Positions 26,331 to 40,079 of a DNA stretch of 64,000 nucleotides are shown here, in pieces; position 1 is the stretch's first letter; the number at the start of each line of letters is the position of its first letter. The notes under the pieces were generated by a model. That model was not told the DNA's origin and ran no database searches. It worked only from the letters and a program-made list of their open reading frames with translations. Source of the DNA: the human T2T-CHM13v2.0 reference genome, Homo sapiens. The stretch lies in NCBI RefSeq assembly GCF_009914755.1, contig NC_060933.1. The stretch is one strand, 5' to 3'. The position numbers and the translations under genes were made by a program.

Positions 26331-29300
26331 TAGAATGGAATGCAAAGGAATGGAATGGAATGGAATCAACCCGAGTGCAATGGAATGGAGTGAAATGGAA
26401 TGGAATGGAATGGAAACTACCCGAATGGAATGGAATATAATGGAGTGTAAGGGAATTGAAAAGAATCAATCTGAATGTAATGAAATGGAATGGAACGGAA
26501 TGGAATGGAATGGAATGAAATGGAATGCAATGGAATGGAATCAACCCGAGTGCAATCGAATGGAATCGAATGCAATGGAATGCAAAGGAATGGATTCAAG
26601 TTGAATGGAAAGGAAAGAATGGAATCAACACGAGTGGAATAGCATGGATTGGAATGGAATGGAATGGAATCAACCCGAGTACAGGGGAATGGAATGGAAT
26701 GGAATGCAATGGAATGGAATCATCAGTAATGGAATGGAAAGGAATGGAAAGGACTGGAATGGAATGGAATGGAATGGAATGGAATCAACTCGATTGCAAT
26801 CGAATGGAATGGAATGGAATTAACCCGAATAGAATGGAATGGAATGTAATGGAACGGAACGGAATGGAATGGAATGGAATGGAATGGAACGGAAAGGAAT
26901 GGAATGGAATGGAATGGAATGGAATGGAATGGAATGGAATCAACGCGAGTGCAGGGGAATGGAATGGAATCGAATGGAATGGAAAGGAATGGAATGGAAT
27001 CAACCCAAGTGCAGGGGAATGTAATGGAACGGAATGCAATGGAATGGAATCATCCGGAATGGAATGGAATGGAATGGAATGGAATCAACCCGAATGCAAT
27101 GGAATGGAGTGGAATGGAATGGAATGGAATGGAATGGAACAACCCGAATGGAATGGAATGTAATGGAGAGTAAGGGAGTTGAAAAGAATCAATCCGAATG
27201 TAATGGAATGGAATGGAACGGAATGGAATGGAATGGAATGGAATGGAATAGAATGGAATGGAATGCAATGGAATGGAATCAACCCGAGTACAATGGAATG
27301 GAATGGAATGGAATGCAATGGAATGGAATCTTCCGGAATGGAATGGAATGGAATGGAATGGAATGGAATGGAATGCAATGGATTCAACTCGATTGCAATG
27401 GAATGGAATAGAATGGAATGGAATGGAATGGAATTAAACCGAATAGAATGGAATGGAATGGAATGGAACGGAACAGAACGGAACGGAACGGAACGGAGTG
27501 GAATGGAATGGAATGGAATTGTATGGAATGGAATGGAATGGTACGGAATAGAATGGAATGGAAAGAAATGGAATGGAATGGAATGGAATGCCTTCAAACC
27601 GAATGGAATGGAAAGGAATGGAATCAACACGAGTGGAATGGAATGGAATGGAATGGAATGGAATGGAATGGAATGGAATGGAATGATACGGAATAGAATG
27701 GAATGGAACGAAATGGAATGTAATGTAATGGAATGGAATGGAATGGAATGGAATGGAATGGAATGGAATCGTTCCGAGTGGAATAGGAGGGAATGTATTC
27801 GAGTGGAATGGAAAGGAATGGAATCAACCAGAGTGGAATGGAAGGGAATGGAATGGAATGGAAACTAATAGAATGGAATCAACCCGAGTGGAATGGAATG
27901 GAATGGAATGGAATGGAATGGAATGGAATGGAATGGAATTAATCCGAATAGAATGGAATGGAATGGAATGGAACGGAATGGAAAGGAATGGAATGGAATG
28001 GAATGGAATGGAATGGAATGGAATCAACGTGAGTGCAGGGGAATGTAATGGAATCGAATGGAATGGAATGGAATGGAATGGAATCAACCCGAGTGCAGGG
28101 GTATGTAATGGAACGGAATGCAATGGAATGGAATCATCCGGAATGGAATGGAATGGAATGGAATGGAATCAACCCGAGGGCAATGTAATGTAATGGAGAG
28201 TAAGGGAGTTGAAAAGAATCAATCCGAATGTAATGGAATGGAATGGAACGGAATGGAATGGAATGGAATGGAATGGAATGGAATGGAATGCAATGGAATG
28301 GAATCAACCCGAGTACAATGGAATGGAATGGAATGGAATGGAATGGAATGGAATGGAATGGAATGGAATGGAATGAAATGGAATCAACGCGAGTGCAGGG
28401 GAATGGAATGGAATGGAATGCAATGGAATGGAATCTTCTGGAATGGAATGGAATGGAATGGAATGGAAAGAAATGCAATGGATTCAACTCGATTGCAACG
28501 GAATGGAATAGAATGGAATGGAAAAGAATGGAATGGAATTAATCCGAATAGAATGGAATGGAATGGAATGGAACGGAATGGAACGGAATGGAATGGAATG
28601 GAATGTAATGGAATGGTATGGAATGGAATGGAATGGAATGGAATGCAATGGAATGGAATCAACCCGAGTACAATGGAATGGAATGGAATGGAATGGAGTG
28701 GAATGGAATGGAATGGAATGGAATGGAATGGAATGGAATGGAATGCAATGGATTCAACTCGATTGCAATGGAATGGAATAGAATGGAATGGAATGGAATG
28801 GAATCTAATGGAATTAAACCGAATAGAATGGAATGGAATGGAATGGAACGGAACAGAACGGAACGGAACGGAACGGAGTGGCATGGAATGGAATGGAATT
28901 GTATGGAATGGAATGGAATGGTACGGAATAGAATGGAATGGAAAGAATAGGAATGGAATGGAATCGAATGGAATGGAATGGAATGGAATGGAATCAACCC
29001 GAGTGCAGGGGAATGTAATGGAACGGAATGCAATGGAATGGAATCATCCGGAATGGAATGGAATGGAATGGAATGGAATGGAATGGAATGGAATCAACCC
29101 GAGTGCAATGGAATGGAGTGGAATGGAATGGAATGGAATGGAACAACACGAATGGAATGGAATGTAATGGAGAGTAAGGGAGTTGAATAGAATCAATCCG
29201 AATGTAATGGAATGGAACGGAATGGAATGAAATAGAATGGAATGGAATGGAATGGAATGCAATGGAATGGAATCAACCCGAGTACAATGGAACGGAATGT

Positions 29301-32300
29301 AATGTAATGTAATGGAATGGAATGGAATGGAATGGAATGGAATGGAATGGAATGGAATCAACCCGAGTGCAATGGAATGGAGAGGAATGGAATGGAATTG
29401 AATGGAAACTACCCGAATGGAATGGAATGTAAGGGAGTGTAAGGGAATTGAATGGAATCAATCCGAATGGAATGGAATGGAATGGAACGGAATGCAATGT
29501 AATGGAATGGAATGGAATCAACCCGAGTGCAGGGGAATGGAATGGAATGGAATGCAATGGAATGGAATCATCCGGAATGGAATGGAATGCAATGCAATGG
29601 AATGGAATGGAATGGAATCAAACTGAGTGCAATGGAATGGAGTGAAATGGAATGGAATGGAATGGAGACAACCAGAATGGATTGGAATATAATGGAGTGT
29701 AAGGGAATTGAATAGAATCAATCTGAATGTAATGAAATGGAATGGAACGGAATGGAATGGAATGGAATGGAATGGAATGGAATGCAATGCAATGGAATGG
29801 AATCAACCCGAGTGCAATCGAATGGAATCGAATGGAATGGAATGCAATGGAATGGATTCAACTTGAATGGAATGGAAAGAATGGAATCAACACGAGTGGA
29901 ATGGCATGGATTGGAATGGAATGGAATGGAATCAACCCGAGTATAGGGGAATGGAATGGAATGGAATGCAATGGAATGGAATCATCCGTAATGGAATGGA
30001 AAGGAATGGAATGGAATGGAATGGAATGGAATGGAATGGAATCAACTCGATTGCAATCGAATGGAATGGAATGGAATTAACCCGAATAGAATGGAATGGA
30101 ATGGAATGGAACGGAACGGAATGGAATGGAATGGAATGGAATGGAATGGAATGGAATGGAACGGAAAGGAAGGGAATGGAATGGAATAGAATGGAATGGA
30201 ATGGAATCATCGCGAGTGCAGGGGAATGGAATGGAATGGAATGCAATGGAATGGAATCTTCCGGAATGGAATGGAATGGAATGGAATGGAATGGAATGGA
30301 ATCAACCCGAGAGCAATGGAATGGAGTGGAATGGAATGGAATGGAATGGAACAACCCGAATGGAATGGAATGTAATGGAGAGTAAGGGAGTTGAATAGAA
30401 TCAATCCGAATATAATGGAATGGAATGGAACGGAATGGAATTGAATGGAATGGAATGGAATGCAATGGAATGGAATCAACCCGAGTGCAATGGAATGGAG
30501 AGGAATGGAATGGAATGGAATGGAAACTAGCAGAATGGAATGGAATGTAATGGAGTATAAGGGAATTGAATAGAATCAATCCGAATATAATGGAATGGAA
30601 TGGAACGGAATGGAATGGAATGGAATGGAATGGAATGGAATGGAATGGAATGGAATGGAATGCAATGGAATGGAATCAACCCAAGCGCAATCGAATGGAA
30701 TCGAATGGAATGGAATGCAATGGAATGGATTCAACTTGAATGGAATGGAAAGAATGGAATCAACACGAGTGGAATGGCATGGATTGGAATGGAATGGAAT
30801 GGAATCAACCCGAGTACAGGGGAATGGAATGGAATGGAATGCAATGGAATGGAATCATCCGTAATGGAAAGGAAAGGAATGGAATGGAATGGAATGGAAT
30901 GGAATGGAATGGAATGGAATCAACTCGATTGCAATCGAATGGAATGGAATGGAATTAACCCGAATAGAATGGAATGGAATGGAATGGAACGGAACGGAAT
31001 GGAATGGAATGGAATGGAATGGAATGGAATGGAATGGAATGGAACGGAACGGAATGGAATGGAATGGAATCAACGCGAGTGCAGGGGAATGGAATGGAAT
31101 GGAATGCAATGGAATGGAATCTTCCGGAATGGAATGGAATGGAATGGAATGGAATGAAATGCAATGGATTCAACTCGATTGCAATGGAATGGAATAGAAT
31201 GGAATGGAATGGAATGGAATGGAATTAATTCGAATAGAATGGAATGGAAAGGAATGGAACGGAATGGAACGGAATGGAATGGAATGCAATGGAATGGAAT
31301 GGTATGGAATGGAATGGAATGGTACGGAATAGAATGGAATGGAACGAATTGTAATGGAATGGAATGGAATGGAATGGAATGGAATGGAATCAACGCGATT
31401 GCAGGGGAATGTAATAGAACGGAATGCAATGGAATGGAATCATCCGGAATGGAATGGAATGGAATGGAATGGAATGGAATGTAATCAACCCGAGTGCAAT
31501 GGAATGGAGTGGGATGGAATGGAATGGAATGGAATGGAACAACCCGAATGGAATGGAATGTAATGGAGAGTAAGGGAGTTGAATAGAATCAATCCGAATG
31601 TAATGGAATGGAATGCAACGGAATGGAATGGAATGGAATGGAATGGAATGCAATGGAATTGAATCAACCCGAGTACAATGGAATGGAATGGAATGGAATG
31701 GAATGGAATGATACGGAATAGAATGGAATGGAACGAAATGGAATTGAATGGAATGGAATGGAATGGAATGGAATGGAATGGAATCGTTCCGAGTGGAATA
31801 GGAGGGAATGTATTCCAGTGGAATGGAAAGGAATGGAATCAACCAGAGTGGAAAGGAAGGGAATGGAATGGAATGGAAACTAATAGAATGGAATCAACCC
31901 GAGAGGAATGGAATGGAAAGGACTGGAATGGAATGGAATGGAATGGAATGGAATCAACTCAATTGTAATGGAATGGAATGGAATGGAATGGAATGGAATG
32001 GAATGGAATGGAATTAACCCGAATACAATGCAATGGAATGGAATGGAACGGAATGGAGTGGAATGGAATGGAATCAACCCGAGTGCAGGGGAATGGAATG
32101 GAATGGAATGCAATGGAATGGAATCATCCGGAATGGAATGGAATGGAATGGAATGCAAAGCAATGGAATCAACTCGATTGCAATGGAATGGAATGGAATG
32201 GAAAGGAATACATTGGAATCAACCCGAGTGGAATGGAATGGAAAGGACTGGAATGGAGTGGAATTGAATGGAATGGAATGGAATGGAATCAACTCGATTG

Positions 32301-34739
32301 GAATGGAATGGAATGGAATGGAATGGAATGGAATTAACCCGAATAGAATGGAATGGAATGGAATGGAACGGAACGGAACGGAATGGAATGGAATGGAATG
32401 GAATGGAATGGAATCAACGCGAGTGCAGGGGAATGGAATGGAATGGAATGCAATGGAATGGAATCTTCCGGAATGGAATGGAATGAAATGGAATGGAATG
32501 GAATGGAATGGAATAAACCCGAGTGCAATGGAATGGAGTGGAATGGAATGGAATGGAATGGAACAACCCGAATGGAATGGAATGTAATGGAGAGTAAGGG
32601 AGTTGAATAGAATCAATCCGAATGTAATGGAATGGAATGGAACGGAATGGAATTGAATGGAATGGAATGGAATGCAATGGAATGGAATCAACCCGAGTTC
32701 AATGGAATGGAGAGGAATGGAATGGAATGGAATGGAAACTACCCGAATGGAATGGAATGTAATGGAGTGTAAGGGAATTGAATAGAATCAATCCGAATGT
32801 AATGGAATGGAATGGAACGGAATGGAATGGAATGGAATGGAATGGAATTCAATGGAATGGAATGCAATGGAATGGAATCAACCCGAGTGCAATCGAATGG
32901 AATCGAATGGAATGGAATGCAATGGAATGGATTCAACTTGAATGGAATGGAAAGAATGGAATCAACACGAGTGGAATGGCATGGATTGGAATGGAAAGGA
33001 ATGGAATCAACCCGAGTATAGGGGAATGGAATGGAATGGAATGCAATGGAATGGAATCATCCGTAATGGAATGGAAAGGAATGGAATGGAATGGAATGGA
33101 ATGGAATGGAATGGAATCAACTCGATTGCAATCGAAAGGAATGGAATGGAATTAACCCGAATAGAATGGAATGGAAAAGAATGGAACGGAACGGAATGGA
33201 ATGGAATGGAATGGAACGGAAAGGAAGGGAATGGAATGAAATAGAATGGAATGGAATGGAATCAACGCGAGTGCAGAGGAATGCAATGGAATGGAATGCA
33301 ATGGAATGGAATCTTCCGGAATGGAATGGAATGGAATGGAATGGAATGGAATGGAATGGAATCAACCCGAGTGCAATGGAATGGAGTGGAATGGAATGGA
33401 ATGGAATGGAACAACCCAAATGGAATGGAATGTAATGGAGAGTAAGGGAGTTGAATAGAATCAATCCGAATATAATGGAATGGAATGGAACGGAATGGAA
33501 TTGAATGGAATGGAATGGAATGCAATGGAATGGAATCAACCCGAGTGCAATGGAATGGAGAGGAATGGAATGGAATGGAATGGAATCTACCCGAATGGAA
33601 TGGAATTTAATGGAGTGTAAGGGAATTGAATAGAATCAATCCGAATGTAATGGAATGGAATGGAACAGAATGGAATGGAATGGAATGGAATGCAATGGAA
33701 TGGAATCAACCCGAGTGCAATAGAATGGAATCGAATGGAATGGAATGCAATGGAATGGATTCAACTTGAATGGAATGGAAAGAATGGAATCAACACGAGT
33801 GGAATGGCATGGATTGGAATGGAATGGAATGGAATCAACCCGAGTACAGGGGAATGGAATGGAATGGAATGCAATGGAATGGAATCATCCGTAATGGAAT
33901 GCAAAGGAATGGAATGGAATGGAATGGAATGGAATGGAATGGAATGGAATCAACTCGATTGCAATCGAATGGAATGGAATGGAATTAACCCGAATAGAAT
34001 GGAATGGAATGGAATGGAACGGAACGGAATGGAATGGAATGGAATGGAATGGAATGGAACGGAACGGAACGGAATGGAATGGAATGGAATGGAATGGAAT
34101 GGAATCAACGCGAGTGCAGGGGAATGGAATGGAATGGAATGCAATGGAATGGAATCTTCCGGAATGGAATGGAATTTAATGGAATGGAATGGAATGGAAT
34201 GGAATGAAATGGAATGGAATGGAATCAACGCGATTGCAGGGGAATGGAATGGAATGGAATGCAATGGAATGGAATCTTCAGGAATGAAATGGAATGGAAT
34301 GGAATGGAATGGAATAAACCCGAGTGCAATGGAATGGAGTGGAATGGAATGGAATGCAATGGAACAACCCGAATGGAATGGAATGTAATGGAGAGTAAGG
34401 GAGTTGAATAGAATCAATCCGAATATAATGGAATGGAATGGAACGGAATGGAATTGAATGGAATGGAATGGAATGCAATAGAATGGAATCAACCCGAGTG
34501 CAATGGAATGGAGAGGAATGGAATGGAATGGAATGAAAACTACCCGAATGGAATGGAATGTAATGGAGTGTAAGGGAATTGAAAAGAATCAATCCGAATG
34601 TAATGGAATGGAATGGAACGGAATGGAAGGGAATGGAATGGAATGGAATGGAATGCAATGGAATGGAATCAACCCGAGTGCAATCGAATGGAATCGAATG
34701 GAATGGAATGCAATGGAATGGATTCAACTTGAATGGAAT

Positions 34740-36690
34740 GGAAAGAATGCAATCAACACGAGTGGAATGGCATGGATTGGAATGGAATGGAATGGAGTCA
34801 ACCCGAGTACAGGGGAATGGAATGGAATGGAATGCAATGGAATGCAATCATGTGTAATGGAATGGAAAGGAATGGAATGGAATGGAATGGAATGGAATGG
34901 AATGGAATCAACTCGATTGCAATCGAATGGAATGGAATGGAATTAACCCGAATAGAATGGAATGGAATGGAATGGAACGGAATGGAATGGAATGGAATGG
35001 AATGGAATGGAACGGAATGGAATGGAATGGAATGGAATGGAATCAACGCGAGTGCAGGGCAATGGAATGGAATGGAATGAAATGGAATGGAATCTTCCGG
35101 AATGGAATGGAATGGAATGGAATGGAATGAAATGCACTGGATTCAACTCGATTGCAATGGAATGGAATAGAATGGAATGGAATGGAATGGAATGGAATTA
35201 ATCCGAATAGAATGGAATGGAATGGAATGGAACGGAATGGAACGGAATGGAATGGAATGGAATGGAATGGAACGGTATGGAATGGAGTGGAATGGTACGG
35301 AATAGAATGGAATGGAACGATTTGTAATGGAATGGAATTGAATGGAATGGAATGGAATGGAATGGAATCAACGCGAGTGCAGGGGAATGTAATGGAACGG
35401 AATGCAATGGAATGGAATCATCCGGAATGGAATGGAATAGAATGGAATGGAATGGAATGGAATGGAATGGAATGGAATCAACCCGAGTGCAATTGAATGG
35501 AGTGGAATGGAATGGAATGGAACAACCCCAATGGAATGGAATGTAATGGAGAGTAAGGGAGTTGAATAGAATCAATCCGAATGTAATGGAATGGAATGCA
35601 ACGGAATGGAATGGAATGGAATGCAATGGAATGCAATGGAATGGAATCAACCCGAGTACAATGGAATGGAATGGAATGGAATGGAATGGAATGGAATAGA
35701 ATGGAATGGAATGGAATGATACGGAATAGAATGGAATGGAACGAATTGGAATGTAATGGAATGGAATGGAATGGAATGGAATGGAATCTTTCCGAGTGGA
35801 ATAGGAGGGAATGTATTCGAGTGGAATGGAAAGGAATGGAATCAACCAGAGTGGAATGGAAGGGAATGGAATGGAATGGAATGCAATGCAATAGAATGGA
35901 ATCAACCCGAGTGCAATCGAATGGAATCAAATGGAATGGAATGCAATGGAATGGATTCAACTTGAATGGAAAGGAAAGAATGGAATCAACACGAGTGGAA
36001 TGGCATGGATTGGAATGGAATGGAATGGAATCAACCCGAGTACAGGGGAATGGAATGGAATGGAATGCAATGGAATGGAATCATCAGTAATGGAATGGAA
36101 AGGAATGGAAAGGACTGGAATGGAATGGATTGGAATGGAATGGAATGGAATCAACTCGATTGCAATCGAATGTAATGGAATGGAATTAACCCGAATAGAA
36201 TGGAATGGAATGGAATGGAACGGAACGGAATGGAATGGAATGGAACGGAAAGGAATGGAATGGAATGGAATGGAACGGAATGGAATGGAATGGATTCAAC
36301 GCGAGTGCAGGGGAATGGAATGGAATCGAATGGAATGGAAAGGAATGGAATGGAATCAACCCGAGTGCAGGGGAACGTAATGGAACTGAATGCAATGGAA
36401 TGGAATCATCCGGAATGGAATGGAATGGAATGGAATGGAATCAACCCGAGTGCAATGGAATGGAGTGGAATGGAATGGAAAGGAATGGAACAACCCGAAT
36501 GGAATGGAATGTAATGGAGAGTAAGGGAGTTGAAAAGAATCAATCCGAATGTAATGGAATGGAATGGAACGTAAAGGAATGGAATGGAATGGAATAGAAT
36601 GCAATGGAAAGGAATCAACCCGAGTACAATGGAATGGAATGGAATGGAATGGAATGGAATGGAATGGAATGCAATGGAATGGAATCTTCC
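34740..36690 (+). repeat. Dispersed paralog of 22500-24420
   Basis: Same ordered rare variants as the block at 22500-24420. Confidence 0.82.
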
Positions 36691-39600
36691 GGAATTGAAT
36701 GGAATGGAATGGAATAGAATGGAATGGAATCAACTCGATTGGAATGGAATGGAATGGAATTAACCCGAATAGAATGGAATGGAATGGAATGGAACGGAAC
36801 GGAACGGAATGGAATGGAATGGAATGGAATGGAATGGAATGGAATGGAATCAACCCGACTGCAGGGGAATGGAATGGAATGGAATGCAATGGAATGGATT
36901 CATCTTGAATGGAATGGAAAGAATGGAATCAACACGAGTGGAATGGCATGGATTAGAATGGAATGGAATGGAATCAACCAGAGTATAGGGGAATGGAATG
37001 GAATGGAATGCAATGGAATGGAATCATCCGTAATGGAATGGAAAGGAATGGAATCGAATGGAATGGAATGGAATGGAATGGAATGGAATCAACTCGATTG
37101 CAATCGAATGGAATGGAATGGAATTAACCCGAATAGAATGGAATGGAATGGAATGGAACGGAACGGAATGGAATGGAATGGAATGGAATGGAATGGAACG
37201 GAAAGGAAGGGAATGGAATGGAATAGAATGGAATGGAATGGAATCAACGCGAGTGCAGGGGAATGGAATGGAATGGAATGCAATGGAATGGAATCTTCCG
37301 GAATGGAATGGAATGGAATGGAATGGAATGGAATGGAATCAACCCGAGTGCAATGGAATGGAGTGGAATGGAATGGAATGGAATGGAACAACCCGAATTG
37401 AATGGAATATAATGGAGACTAAGGGAGTTGAATAGAATCAATCCGAATGTAATGGAATGGAATGGAACGGAATGGATTTGAATGGAATGGAATGGAATGC
37501 AATGGAATGGAATCAACCCGAGTGCAATGGAATGGAGAGGAATGGAATGGAATAGAATGGAAACTACCCGAATGGAATGGAATGTAATGGAGTGTAAAGG
37601 AATTGAATAGAATCAATCCGAATGTAATGGAATGGAATGGAACGGAATGGAATGGAATGGAATGGAATGCAATGGAATGGAATCAACCCGAGTGCAATCG
37701 AATGGAATCGAATGGAATGGAATGCAATGGAATGGATTCAACTTGAATGGAATGGAAAGAATGGAATCAACACGAGTGGAATGGCATGGATTGGAATGGA
37801 ATGGAATGGAATCAACCCTAGTACAGGGGAATGGAATGGAATGGAATGCAATGGAATGGAATCATCCGTAATGGAATGGAAAGGAATGGAATGGAATGGA
37901 ATGGAATGGAATGGAATGGAATGGAATGGAATCAACTCGATTGCAATCGAATGGAATGGAATGGAATTAACCCGAATAGAATGGAATGGAATGGAATGGA
38001 ATGGAACGGAATGGAATGGAATGGAATGCAATGGAACGGAACGGAATGGAATGGAATGGAATGGAATGGAATGGAATGGAATCAGCGCGAGTGCAGGGGA
38101 ATGGAATGGAATGGAATGCAATGGAATGGAATCTTCCGGAATGGAATGGAATGGAATGGAATGGAATGAAATGCAATGGATTCAACTCGATTGCAATGGA
38201 ATGGAATAGAATGGAATGGAATGGAATGGAAAGGAATTAATTCGAATAGAATGGAATGGAATGGAATGGAACGGAATGGAACGGAATGGAATGGAATGGA
38301 ATGCAATGAAATGGTACGGAATAGAATGGAATGGAACGAATTGTAATGGAATGGAATTGAATTGAATTGAATGGAATCAACGCGAGTGCAGGGGAATGTA
38401 ATGGAACGGAATGCAATGGAATGGAATCATCCGGAATGGAATGGAATGGAATGGAATGGAATGGAATGGAATGGAATCAACCCGAGTGCAATGGAATGGA
38501 GTGGAATGGAATGGAATGGAACAACCCGAATGGAATGGAATGTAATGGAGAGTAAGGGAGTTGAATAGAATCAATCCGAATGTAATGGAATGGAATGCAA
38601 CGGAATGGAATGGAATGGAATGGAATTAACCCGAATACAATGGAATGGAATGGAATGGAATGGAATGGAGTGGAATGGAATGGAATCAACCCGAGTGGAG
38701 GGGAATGGAATGGAATGGAATGCAATGGAATGGAATCATCCGGAATGGAATGGAATGGAATGGAATGGAATGCAAAGCAATGGAATCAACTCGATTGCAA
38801 TGGAATGCAATGGAATTTAAAGGAATACATTGGAATCAACCCGAGTGGAATGGAATGGAAAGGACTGGAATGGAGTGGAATGGAATGGAATGGAATGGAA
38901 TGGAATCAACTCGATTGGAATGGAATGGAATGGAATTAACCCGAATAGAATGGAATGGAATGGAATGGAACGGAACGGAACGGAATGGAATGGAATGGAA
39001 TGGAATGGAATGGAATGGAATCCACCCGACTGCAGGGGAATGGAATGGAATGGAATGCAATGGAATGGATACATCTTGAATGGAATGGAAAGAATGGAAT
39101 CAACACGAGTGGAATGGCATGGATTGGAATGGAATGGAATGGAATCAACCCGAGTACAGGGGAATGGAATGGAATGGAATGCAATGGAATGGAATCATCC
39201 GTAATGGAATGGAAAGGAATGGAAAGGAATGGAATGGAATGGAATGGAATGGAATGGAATGGAATCAACTCGATTGCAATCGAATGGAATGGAATGGAAT
39301 TAACCCGAATAGAATGGAATGGAGTGGAATGGAATGGAACGGAATGGAATGGAATGGAATGGAATGGAATGGAATGGAACGGAAAGGAATGGAATGGAAT
39401 GGAATGGAATGGAATGGAATGGAATCAACGCGAGTGCAGGGGAATGGAATGGAATGGAATGCAGGGGAATGGAATGGAATGGAATGCAATGGAATGGAAT
39501 CTTCCGGAATGGAATGGAATGGAATGGAATGGAATGGAATGGAATGGAATGGAATGGAATAAACCCGAGTGCAATGGAATGGAGTGGAATGGAATGGAAT

Positions 39601-40079
39601 GGAATGGAACAACCCGAACGGAATGGAATGTAATGGAGAGGAAGGGAGTTGAATAGAATCAATCCGAATGTAATGGAATGGAATGGAACGGAACGGAATT
39701 GAATGGAATGGAATGGAATGCAATGGAATGGAATCAACCCGAGTGCAATGAAATGGAGAGGAATGGAATGGAATGGAATGGAAACTACCCGAATGGAATG
39801 GAATGTAATGGAGTGTAAGGGAATTGAATAGAATCAATCCGAATGTAATGTAATGGAATGGAATGGAATGGAATGGAATGGAATGGAATGCAATGGAATG
39901 GAATCAACCCGAGTGCAATCGAATGGAATCGAATGGAATGGAATGCAATGGAATGGATTCAACTTGAATGGAATGGAAAGAATGGAATCAACACGAGTGG
40001 AAGGGCATGGATTGGAATGCAATGGAATGGAATCAACCCGAGTACAGGGGAATGGAATGGAATGGAATGCAATGGAATG

